A DNA stretch of 38,129 nucleotides from Pseudolabrys sp. (GTDB taxonomy: Bacteria > Pseudomonadota > Alphaproteobacteria > Rhizobiales > Xanthobacteraceae): NCBI GenBank assembly GCA_036820945.1, contig DAISKM010000001.1, positions 1 to 38,129 on the forward strand. Direction: 5' to 3'. Positions 1-8,699 of this stretch are shown here, in pieces. The first letter of the stretch is position 1; every line of letters starts with the position of its first letter. Made by a program: the position numbers and the translations under genes. The notes under the pieces are model-generated. The model was not told the origin of the DNA. It did no database searches and worked only from the letters and a program-made list of their open reading frames with translations.

Positions 1-1
1 G

Positions 2-1105
<1,104 letters not shown>

Positions 1106-1327
1106 TCAAAAGAGTGCGTCGATGGCGGCCGAGTGCTCGGCCGGGTCTTCATATTCCAGCGGGGGGAGTGTGTTGGTTTGGATTTCAAAATCGACTTGAT
1201 AGAACGCCATCCAGTCAACCAACTGCGGACTGGTCATTTGCCGCTCCAGGGCGTCCACGTTCCACTCGCCCAGGTCGCGGGCGAGTTTGAACAGGAAGAA
1301 TCGCTCGGGGCGGCATCTCAGTTTTTT
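1106..1327 (-). CDS. Tail assembly chaperone, -1 frameshift extension (gpT part of gpGT)
   Basis: -1 frame after GCA AAA AAC reads KLRCRPERFFLFKLARDLGEWNVDALERQMTSPQLVDWMAFYQ...IDALF*, no own start codon, ends 13 nt before the TMP start. Confidence 0.85.
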   Translation of the reverse strand, partial: KKLRCRPERFFLFKLARDLGEWNVDALERQMTSPQLVDWMAFYQVDFEIQTNTLPPLEYEDPAEHSAAIDALF

Positions 1328-1686
1328 GCTGCGTCCTCGGTCGCGCTGACAAAGAACTTGTTCAGCGTGATCGCTGCGTCGGAAATGACGCCGATTGCTT
1401 GGTTAGATTTGGTCGCCAGCGCGGTCAGGTCGTCGAGGCTGAACAGTGGCACCCCCTCCGCATCAGTGACCGATAGCGCTACGAGGCGCAGTTTGATTTC
1501 CAGCATTGCGACAGCCGGGTCGCCACCATCTTTTTGCGCGGTGCCGAGGCGTGCCCATTCGCTGAGCACGAGGCTGCGATCACGCACAGAGAGGGCGGTA
1601 ATCATTACGTCACCGCCCCACTCTGGAATGCTGATAACTTCCTGCGCGCGGTCCTTGGCATTTAGAATCTGATCGCGATTAAGCAC
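1318..1686 (-). CDS. Tail assembly chaperone (gpG-like)
   Basis: IPEWGGDVMITALS motif, between tail tube and TMP, ends in slippery A AAA AAC TGA. Confidence 0.85.
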   Translation of the reverse strand: MLNRDQILNAKDRAQEVISIPEWGGDVMITALSVRDRSLVLSEWARLGTAQKDGGDPAVAMLEIKLRLVALSVTDAEGVPLFSLDDLTALATKSNQAIGVISDAAITLNKFFVSATEDAAKN

Positions 1687-2338
1687 TCAGCACCTCATAC
1701 ACTTCGCCGGTAATCGTGACGGCCAATGTGCTCGCGTTGGTGCCATCGACTGCACCGGAATCGCTCAGCGAGCGCACATAGCCCTCAAAGATTTTGATGT
1801 AGTTATTTTTCTTGACGAGTTTGAACCAGCGCGGCAATCCCTGGCGCTTGGCAACTTTCGCCTCCACCTGGAACGCGTCGTCTTCGACGTAGTGCAGATC
1901 GGCACTCATGCCGCCGAAGTCTTGCAACCCGAGGTTTTTTTCCTTCGCCGTCGAGCACAGGGTTGTGCTGTCGAGTTCAGACGCCTGCCCATCAAAGCCC
2001 GAGTAGGACTTGTGCTGGCACGTCTCAATAAATTGGTTCAGCCCGGCAGTGCCGGCCGAGCCATAGGTGGTGAACAGCGTCGAGTCGATGTTCTCGATGG
2101 TCACAGTGGTGGCGGTCTTCGCGCTGACGATACCGTCCAGTCCGTTGATTTCGGTCATGCCGACCACGGCAGCAAACGTCAGCACATCACCCACGACATA
2201 GGTATGGGAGGCAAATGTGACGACGGCCTTTGCGGCTTTCGAAATTCCGGTGATCGCTGTAGTCACCAGCGTGGCACCACCGTTCTCAATATAGAAGTGC
2301 GTGCCTTGGCTCGACACAGCGCGGGATTTAGTAGCCAT
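1679..2338 (-). CDS. Major tail (tube) protein with inserted beta-sandwich (FCCH-like) domain
   Basis: SSQGT N-terminus, TTLCSTAKEKNLGLQDFG and FEGYV motifs, TITG C-terminus; RBS GGAG; position before chaperones. Confidence 0.85.
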   Translation of the reverse strand: MATKSRAVSSQGTHFYIENGGATLVTTAITGISKAAKAVVTFASHTYVVGDVLTFAAVVGMTEINGLDGIVSAKTATTVTIENIDSTLFTTYGSAGTAGLNQFIETCQHKSYSGFDGQASELDSTTLCSTAKEKNLGLQDFGGMSADLHYVEDDAFQVEAKVAKRQGLPRWFKLVKKNNYIKIFEGYVRSLSDSGAVDGTNASTLAVTITGEVYEVLSA

Positions 2339-2350
2339 GGGGTTTTCTCC

Positions 2351-2390
2351 AAAAAATAAAACCCCAGGAGCGTGACGCTAATGGGGTTAT
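2351..2390 (-). terminator. Terminator-like hairpin just upstream of the tail-tube RBS
   Basis: Minus strand ATAACCCCA-TTAGCGTCACGCTCC-TGGGGTTTTATTTTTT: interrupted stem followed by a U-rich tract. Confidence 0.45.
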
Positions 2391-2425
2391 CCGTGACGGT
2401 TGGGGGGTTTTGGCGGGGAGGTCTT

Positions 2426-2454
2426 TTGTTGGGCGAAAACTTTTGTTATATGAT
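2426..2454 (+). promoter_or_regulatory. Sigma70-like promoter of the methyltransferase moron with an operator-like site in the spacer
   Basis: TTGTTG (2426)-17 nt-TATGAT (2449); spacer holds CGAAAACTTTTGTTAT, matching the PR operator CGAAAACCTAGGTTAT. Confidence 0.6.
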
Positions 2455-2490
2455 TGGCGGCCTACCACCGCCGCCAATACAGGTCCACTT

Positions 2491-3165
2491 ATGAAACCTT
2501 CGTTACTCACAATCAGCCAGAGCGCACAGGACGCGCTCGATGCCCAGGCGCTGGACAATGGCGTTCTGCGCGTGGTGCCAATGGCCGTTTACGCGCAGTT
2601 CTCACAAGCGGACCTGTCCGGCTTTTGCCTGCGTCACGGCCTGTACTGTCTGCCCACGGTTGAGCTGGTTGATAAGATCAACGCGTTGATCCTAGAAGCC
2701 AGCCCGAGCCGGCACGCTATTGAAATCGGCAGCGGCAACGGTGTACTCGGCAAAGCCCTCGGCATTCCCTGCACTGATAACCACATGCAAGAAGACCCGG
2801 CAGTCATTGCCCTGTATCGAACGATGCGCCAGCCGGTTATCACCTATGGCCCGCACGTCGAACGCCTGGACGCTGCGGCAGCCGTGGCCCGGCATCGCCC
2901 CGAAGTGGTGGTCGCCGCGTGGGTCACTCATAAGTTCATACCGACCGAAAGCTATCGGGGCGGCAATGAGATCGGCGTCGATGAGGTGGCGCTGCTCAGC
3001 CAGATCAGGCGCTATATATTCGTCGGCAACCTATCCGTTCACCAACACAAGCCGTTGCTGGACCTGCCCTATACCGTCTTCGAGAGCGACGCGATTTTCT
3101 CCCGCTCGCTCGTGCCAGAGGGCAACGGCTTGGTCGTGTGGGATAACCCGGAGTGGAAACCATGA
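2491..3165 (+). CDS. Class I SAM-dependent methyltransferase-like protein (moron, antisense to tail genes)
   Basis: AIEIGSGNG glycine-rich SAM motif I, VERLDA motif, VVVAAW strand; ATG at 2491 chosen over the upstream TTG; no DPPY/NPPY or PC DNA-MTase motif. Confidence 0.65.
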   Translation: MKPSLLTISQSAQDALDAQALDNGVLRVVPMAVYAQFSQADLSGFCLRHGLYCLPTVELVDKINALILEASPSRHAIEIGSGNGVLGKALGIPCTDNHMQEDPAVIALYRTMRQPVITYGPHVERLDAAAAVARHRPEVVVAAWVTHKFIPTESYRGGNEIGVDEVALLSQIRRYIFVGNLSVHQHKPLLDLPYTVFESDAIFSRSLVPEGNGLVVWDNPEWKP

Positions 3166-3482
3166 ACCGCGTTGGTATGGACATGACTGAATCGGAAGTC
3201 CTGGACATGGGCTACCAATACGCGCGCCAGCTTGAGGACGGCACATGGCTGGCCGTCGCTCAGATGTTCACCAACGGCCGGCTCTACTTTGATCTGGACC
3301 GGGCCGGCTGTGAGGCGGCCTACTGTTACCGCAACGCAGCCGAGGCAGTCGCGGCCATGATGGCGTTCGATCCGTCTGTCGATGTGGAGCCGCAAGGCTG
3401 GCACAAGTGCGCGACAGATAACCGCATCCGTCCCGATGGTGATGCCTCCAGGGAAACCATCGGATATCCGCCCGTGACTTAG
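3162..3482 (+). CDS. Hypothetical protein, translationally coupled to the methyltransferase-like gene
   Basis: ATGA overlap at 3162-3165; 106 aa; stop overlaps the stop of the convergent tail gene at 3479-3482. Confidence 0.7.
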   Translation: MNRVGMDMTESEVLDMGYQYARQLEDGTWLAVAQMFTNGRLYFDLDRAGCEAAYCYRNAAEAVAAMMAFDPSVDVEPQGWHKCATDNRIRPDGDASRETIGYPPVT

Positions 3483-3847
3483 GCGGTCACCTGCCACACC
3501 GAATAGTCCAGCACCATGTAAAACAAATTCGTCTCCGGGTCGTATAAATCCTGATCACCGATGAACACCACCTCGAACAGCGCGCTGGCCTCGATGGCAG
3601 ATTGCACCGCGAGCGCGATCTGCTTGGCCTCGCCGTAACTTTGCGACCAGCAGTTGACCTGCATACGGGCGTGTCGCATCAGGCCCGAATCGGTCATTGA
3701 CGGTATGCGCTCACCCGTGACCAGTGAATAGGTCACATACGGGCGCACCTCGCCCTCTGGCAATATCCCGGCCGCGATCCGCTGGCCCACTAATGCGGTC
3801 ACGGCGGGGGCGGCAATCATCGCCGCGCGCAAGTCGATTTCAATCAT
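3479..3847 (-). CDS. Tail completion/terminator protein (DUF3168-like)
   Basis: VTALVGQRI, RPYVTY, RMQVNCWSQSYGEAK motifs; synteny. Confidence 0.8.
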   Translation of the reverse strand: MIEIDLRAAMIAAPAVTALVGQRIAAGILPEGEVRPYVTYSLVTGERIPSMTDSGLMRHARMQVNCWSQSYGEAKQIALAVQSAIEASALFEVVFIGDQDLYDPETNLFYMVLDYSVWQVTA

Positions 3848-4350
3848 GCGGCTTTGCTCCCCTGCTCACGCGCCAACTTTTCAGCCTCACGCACGATACG
3901 ACGCTTCGCGAATTCCTCGAACCGGCGCAGCGCGGCGAACTTCTGCGCCTCGAATGCCGGGCGGAGGAACGGATGGGCCGGCATGTTGGCCGTCCCGAAT
4001 TCTAGGAAGTGCCAGTACCAGGGGTCGTCAGGATTGTAGGCCGCCTTCTTGGACGCCTTGCCGCCTTTGAATGCCTTGATCTGTTTGGCGGTCAGTCCCT
4101 TCACAGTCAGGTACACCCCGAACTTATCCCGCTTGGAGCGCTTGATGGTGATAGCCTTTTTCACCGTGCCGGGCTTGCGCCCATACGTCGGCTTCTTCAG
4201 GACCGGCACCCGCGCCTGAGCGTCTTTGCGGATGACCTGAGCGCCAGCGCGCAGCGCAGCACGCAAGACTTTCTCGCCCAGCCGGGCCGGCAGCTTTTCA
4301 AGGGTCGCTTTGATTTCACGCAACCCCAGGACATTGATCTCATCGGCCAT
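3844..4350 (-). CDS. HK97 gp10-family tail component
   Basis: WYWHFLEFGTANMPAHPFLRPAF signature. Confidence 0.9.
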   Translation of the reverse strand: MADEINVLGLREIKATLEKLPARLGEKVLRAALRAGAQVIRKDAQARVPVLKKPTYGRKPGTVKKAITIKRSKRDKFGVYLTVKGLTAKQIKAFKGGKASKKAAYNPDDPWYWHFLEFGTANMPAHPFLRPAFEAQKFAALRRFEEFAKRRIVREAEKLAREQGSKAA

Positions 4351-4669
4351 CGCTCAGCCCCTCGGTCGCTAGGATTTCCAGCGACGCGCCAATTTCCATT
4401 GGATTGATTAGCGATTGAATATCGAAATAGCGCGCACCGAAGACGATACGTTGCGACGCCTCTAATCCAGTCTGGTAGCGGCATCGAATGCGATGTGTCA
4501 CGGCCGCCTGGACCTGTTGCGCAGACAGCAGCTCGCGCCCGCTGATCGGTTCGACCGACGCCCAGACAGTGACGACCGGGTCCCATCCTTCCACCGGCTG
4601 GCCGTAATCATCGCGGCCAGACTTGCGTGCCTGGAAAGTCACGCGATGGCGCAGCGGTCCAAGTCTCAT
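4340..4669 (-). CDS. Head closure / head-tail adaptor (SPP1 gp16-like)
   Basis: GPLRHRVTFQ...DDYGQPVEGW...VWASVEPISGRE signature. Confidence 0.9.
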   Translation of the reverse strand: MRLGPLRHRVTFQARKSGRDDYGQPVEGWDPVVTVWASVEPISGRELLSAQQVQAAVTHRIRCRYQTGLEASQRIVFGARYFDIQSLINPMEIGASLEILATEGLSDGR

Positions 4670-5241
4670 GCAACCCCCGGAATCACATACGGGGCCAGGA
4701 GCGAATCAACGCTCATGGGCAGGGCCGACGTTATGGTGCCGACTACCACCGGCTCCCGATTCTGGTCCCAGTGCGCAACCAGCAGCATCAGCGCCGACAC
4801 CAGATCGGCCGGCATCGAAGCGGCAGCTCCATAGCCCGCCGTGAACTTGACGCGGACTGACATCGGTTGGTCGCGCGTGGTCGGCCATTGCACTTGATAG
4901 GCGCGGTGAACCAGACCAATCATGCCGGCCTTGTCCACGACGTATTGATTAGACGCCAGGGTTTGCGTTGCGCCGTTCGTATCGACATAGGTGATTTCGT
5001 CCACCGATTGCAACGGCGGCAGCGGCAGGGAAATCGAGCCGCACGGAAACCCGTCGAGCACCAGCGTCCAGACCTGTGTCACGAACGCGCGGCGACACAC
5101 CGTCTCAGCGTATCGGGTAGCGGCGGCAATCAACCGCTGCACCCCCGCGTCATCGGTCGAGCCGTCAATACGGAGGCGCGTCTTCACCTCGGCCAGCGTG
5201 ACCGGATCGGTCGCGGGAGGCGTGACAAGTTCCAGGCGCAT
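4666..5241 (-). CDS. Head-tail connector (HK97 gp6 / phiE125 gp8-like)
   Basis: PVTLAEVKTRLRID, FTAGYG, LLVAHWDQNRE, SLLAPY motifs. Confidence 0.9.
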   Translation of the reverse strand: MRLELVTPPATDPVTLAEVKTRLRIDGSTDDAGVQRLIAAATRYAETVCRRAFVTQVWTLVLDGFPCGSISLPLPPLQSVDEITYVDTNGATQTLASNQYVVDKAGMIGLVHRAYQVQWPTTRDQPMSVRVKFTAGYGAAASMPADLVSALMLLVAHWDQNREPVVVGTITSALPMSVDSLLAPYVIPGVA

Positions 5242-5244
5242 AGG

Positions 5245-5427
5245 TCATGCCTCAGCGAATTGTTTGCAGTAGGCAACGGCCGCCTTGTCATCATCGACAA
5301 GACCGTCCGCTTTCAGGGAGGCGATTGCCGGAGCTGGCAACTCGACCAATTGATTCGGTTTATATTCCGTTTGCTCGTACCAGAACGTCACCAACGCACG
5401 GGCACAAATGGTTTTAACTACGGCCAT
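5245..5427 (-). CDS. Small hypothetical protein after major capsid gene
   Basis: 60 aa, RBS GAGGTGGA, conserved position between capsid and connector genes. Confidence 0.7.
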   Translation of the reverse strand: MAVVKTICARALVTFWYEQTEYKPNQLVELPAPAIASLKADGLVDDDKAAVAYCKQFAEA

Positions 5428-5446
5428 ATTTCCACCTCGACAAAGT

Positions 5447-5478
5447 AAAAAAACGGGGCAGGCCGAAGCCCGCCCCGT
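5447..5478 (-). terminator. Rho-independent terminator after major capsid gene
   Basis: ACGGGGCGGGC-TTCG-GCCTGCCCCGT followed by TTTTT on minus strand. Confidence 0.85.
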
Positions 5479-5483
5479 GGGTC

Positions 5484-6689
5484 TTACGTCGCGGAGTGCG
5501 CGTAGTATTTCACTGCGGCGGTGTCCATCAGGTTGCCACCGGAGCGGATGAACGCCAGGAAGCCGACCTGCCCTTTCGACGCATACGCGGAATCATCGAA
5601 GCGCATCAGCGACACAGCCATCGCGTCGCGCACGATGTACTTCTTGAAGTCGCCGTAAATGATCGACTTCGCGTTCGCGGCAGGCACTGCCATGTCGTTG
5701 TTGATCACGACCGACTTCCCGAGCAGCAGGTCAGGAGCGCCGGCAGTAATGCCCGCCTCATAGCCTGGAGTCCAGATCGGACGGCCAGCGGTGTCTTTCA
5801 ATTTGCGCAGCAGGCCGCGCACCGTCTGGCTGAACATGAACTGGCAATTACCGCCGAGCTGGTACGCCTCGTTCACCGATTCGAGCAGATCGACCAGATC
5901 GTCATAGATCACGGTCAGGGTCTGGCCGGTGGTGCCGACCTTGCCCGCCGACGCGCCGGTCACGATACCGCGCGGCTGGCCGGTCCCGGTGCCGGTCGTG
6001 AAGTGCTGGTTCTCGATGCGGCCGATTCGCTCAATGATGCGGCGGCGCACAAACGCCTCGATGTCCACCGAGCTGTCCTGGAGCAGCTCGATAGGCACCG
6101 CGATGATTTTCGAGCTGTACTTGAACACGTTCAGACCCACGGTGCCGAACGACGGATCAAGCGCAGCGGCTTGCGTATTCTCTGCGAGCAGCTCGCCCAC
6201 TTCGGCAGTGCCGTCAGTAGACGGATAGCTCAGCGGGTTGCCCTGCGCAGTGGTCAGTTGATCGGCCACCGCACGCACACCACCGAATGCCTTGAGCGCT
6301 TCGATCAGCTCGGACGCCACCGTGGTCGGCACGGTGTAACCACCCTCAGAACCGGTGGTGGTACTCATGGTGTTGTAAAGTTTGGACGCCTGTTCAGCGC
6401 TCAAACCTTTTTCACCGCGACGCATCCACGCGTCAAAGATTCGGATGTCCGACAGTGGGTCGTCATTCTTGGCAGACGGGTCGCGGTGCTGAATGCGTTC
6501 CTCGGCAGCGAGATCGAGCAACTTCTGCTCGCGCTCAATGCGTGCATCGATGTCCAGGATTTCGCCGGTCAGATTGTCATACTTGGTCTGATCCTCTGGG
6601 GTCCACTTGGCGGCCTTCGAATCGTCCAGAAGTTTGCGCGCCTCGATAGCAAGACCGCTGCGGCGCTCGCGCATAGCTTGGATAGTCAT
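5484..6689 (-). CDS. HK97-fold major capsid protein with N-terminal delta domain
   Basis: Start MTIQAMRERR with RBS GGAG; GGYTVP, ELLQDS, GTGTGQPRGI, LKDTAGRPIW, YGDFKKY motifs. Confidence 0.95.
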   Translation of the reverse strand: MTIQAMRERRSGLAIEARKLLDDSKAAKWTPEDQTKYDNLTGEILDIDARIEREQKLLDLAAEERIQHRDPSAKNDDPLSDIRIFDAWMRRGEKGLSAEQASKLYNTMSTTTGSEGGYTVPTTVASELIEALKAFGGVRAVADQLTTAQGNPLSYPSTDGTAEVGELLAENTQAAALDPSFGTVGLNVFKYSSKIIAVPIELLQDSSVDIEAFVRRRIIERIGRIENQHFTTGTGTGQPRGIVTGASAGKVGTTGQTLTVIYDDLVDLLESVNEAYQLGGNCQFMFSQTVRGLLRKLKDTAGRPIWTPGYEAGITAGAPDLLLGKSVVINNDMAVPAANAKSIIYGDFKKYIVRDAMAVSLMRFDDSAYASKGQVGFLAFIRSGGNLMDTAAVKYYAHSAT

Positions 6690-6707
6690 GTCATTTCTCC
6701 GTGCATA

Positions 6708-6731
6708 AAAAAACCCGCCGATTGGCGGGTT
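6708..6731 (-). terminator. Terminator-like hairpin between protease and capsid genes
   Basis: AACCCGCC-AATC-GGCGGGTT followed by a T-run on minus strand. Confidence 0.7.
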
Positions 6732-6753
6732 GGGGTTCGCGATGGCGCGAGGC

Positions 6754-7461
6754 CTATGGCGCGATGGTTTCGAGCAGCGACAGCCGGCGCTCAAGAGCGG
6801 CGCGGTCGAACACTGGTTCTGTTTCGGGGGGTTCAGTCAGGGCAGCGGGGGCGTTGCCGTAGGCCGCTAAGTTCCATTGGTTGCGTGCGGCCTTCTGGCC
6901 TTCTGCGATCCGGTCAACGAAGCCGTGCGATACGGCTTCCTCAGCGGTGAACCAAGTGGTCGCCGCCATCATGGCCGCCAGCTCATCGGCCGGCTTGCCG
7001 GTCTTGCGCTGGTAGTCGGCAACGATACTGGCGTCCACTTTGCGCAGTAGGTCGGCGGATTGTACGAACTCGTCCGCGTTGCCGATGGCGATTGTCCATG
7101 CGTTGTGGATCATAAAAAAACCGCCCTCGGCAATCTCCACCTCATCGGCCGCCAGTGCGACGTAGGTCGCAGCGCTGGCCGCTTGGCCGTCGATGTGCGC
7201 GATCACACGGGCCGGATGTTGGGCCAGGGCGGTCGCGATGGTGCGGCCCTCGAACACATCGCCACCGGGCGAGTTGATGCGAAGGTGAATTGTGTCCACG
7301 TCCAGGGCCACCAGTTGCGGGACGAAATCCCGCGCACCGACACCGCCCCAGTCGCCGCCAATAATGTCGTAAATGTATACGGTCGCTTCGCGGCCGGCCT
7401 GTTCAATACGGGCCGAACGCGGGGCCGCTTGATTGCTTAGGAAGAGCTGCATCAGCTTCAT
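6754..7461 (-). CDS. ClpP-type (S14) prohead maturation protease
   Basis: RINSPGGDVFEG, DGQAASAA (Ser), FMIHNAW (His), TWFTAEEAV..GFVD; start MKLMQ overlaps portal stop. Confidence 0.92.
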   Translation of the reverse strand: MKLMQLFLSNQAAPRSARIEQAGREATVYIYDIIGGDWGGVGARDFVPQLVALDVDTIHLRINSPGGDVFEGRTIATALAQHPARVIAHIDGQAASAATYVALAADEVEIAEGGFFMIHNAWTIAIGNADEFVQSADLLRKVDASIVADYQRKTGKPADELAAMMAATTWFTAEEAVSHGFVDRIAEGQKAARNQWNLAAYGNAPAALTEPPETEPVFDRAALERRLSLLETIAP

Positions 7462-8699
7462 TCGCTGGCCCCTTGTGTGGTGTTGGTGGTGATGTACAGC
7501 ACGTCTCCGCCCGGTACAGGCGGCAGGTTTTTTAGGCGGCGCGCTTCGTTGACGGTAAGCCAGCCTTGTGTCCCAGGACCGCCGAGCGACTTCGCGATCA
7601 CTTCTGCTTCGGTTTTGCTGTCGCCGGCCAGTAGCCCGTCGCGATTGAACTCGACGAAGTAGCGCGGCGAGCGCGGCCACAGCTTGCGGTTCAATTCCTG
7701 CTCGATGCGACGCAGATGCGGGCCGAGCGTGTAGCGGACGAAACCGATACTCATTTGCTCGATGCCACTGCCCCAGCTCGTGGACGCGCTCGTCTCTCCG
7801 ATCATGTGAGGGGGCACACCGAAGGCGCGCGCGATCTCCACCACCTGGAATTTGCGGGTTTCCAGGAGCTGCGAATCCTCGGCCGTCAGGCTGATCGGTT
7901 CGACTTTGCCGCCGTTCACCAGGAGCAACGGTTTGTGTCGGTTGCCCTGGCCGGTATAGCGCTCGGTGAATTGCTCGCGCAGAAGGTTCTGTTGATCCGC
8001 CGTCGGGGCCACGCCTTGCGGATAAGTCAGCGCAATGGAGGGGCTTGCGCCGTTGGCGAAAAATTCTCCGGCGTAATCATCCGCCGCCAGGGCCGTGCCG
8101 ACTGCTTGTCGGGCCGCGAAACGGATCACGGATTCACCGTGACAGCCATCGAAACCGAAGCCTGGAAAGTGCAAAACGTCGTCATCAAACAGGCCGTAGT
8201 TCGACACGCCATCGCTGACGAAATAAACCAGCCGGCCTTCGCGCACCTCGATGTCCACACACTGGCGCGGGATCGGCATAAACCCGGTGATGTTGCCGTT
8301 TCGGTCACGCAAAATTTGCGCGATACCGTCGCCGCGCATCAGCGAAGACGCCAACATCCACTCCCAAAAACTGCACGCGGTCAGCGTCGGATAGGGCGAC
8401 TCGTTCAGCATCCACCACACCGGATGGTCGACAGCCTTGCGCCCACCGTCCATGGTCCGCTCATATACAGGCAACGGCAGCAGGGCCACGGCCCCCGCGA
8501 TCAGGCGCACGCACGAGTAAACCGCCGCGCTTCGCTTGGCCGATTCCACCGTGACCGAGACGCCTGACGACGCCGGCTTCACGCCGAAAAATTCGGCCCA
8601 CTCTTCGGGCGTTGTACCCCAACCGGTTAGCGCTTTGACCTCCGCGCGGAGCGCGTCGACCTCCTGCTCCAGCTTCTTGCGCTTGCCGAAATTGAACAT
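7458..8699 (-). CDS. HK97-family portal protein
   Basis: AVYSCVRLIA, EIARAFGVPPHMIG, WGSGIEQ, TVNEAR motifs; ATG at 8699 overlaps TerL stop (TGATG). Confidence 0.95.
   Translation of the reverse strand: MFNFGKRKKLEQEVDALRAEVKALTGWGTTPEEWAEFFGVKPASSGVSVTVESAKRSAAVYSCVRLIAGAVALLPLPVYERTMDGGRKAVDHPVWWMLNESPYPTLTACSFWEWMLASSLMRGDGIAQILRDRNGNITGFMPIPRQCVDIEVREGRLVYFVSDGVSNYGLFDDDVLHFPGFGFDGCHGESVIRFAARQAVGTALAADDYAGEFFANGASPSIALTYPQGVAPTADQQNLLREQFTERYTGQGNRHKPLLLVNGGKVEPISLTAEDSQLLETRKFQVVEIARAFGVPPHMIGETSASTSWGSGIEQMSIGFVRYTLGPHLRRIEQELNRKLWPRSPRYFVEFNRDGLLAGDSKTEAEVIAKSLGGPGTQGWLTVNEARRLKNLPPVPGGDVLYITTNTTQGASE

Noticed and set aside
5496..6950. 484-aa plus-strand ORF
   Set aside because: Antisense shadow of the capsid gene in GC-rich DNA; no motifs. 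The same applies to 11-547, 24-620, 7716-8567, 10100-11128, 19291-20247, 33671-34498 and 37014-37751
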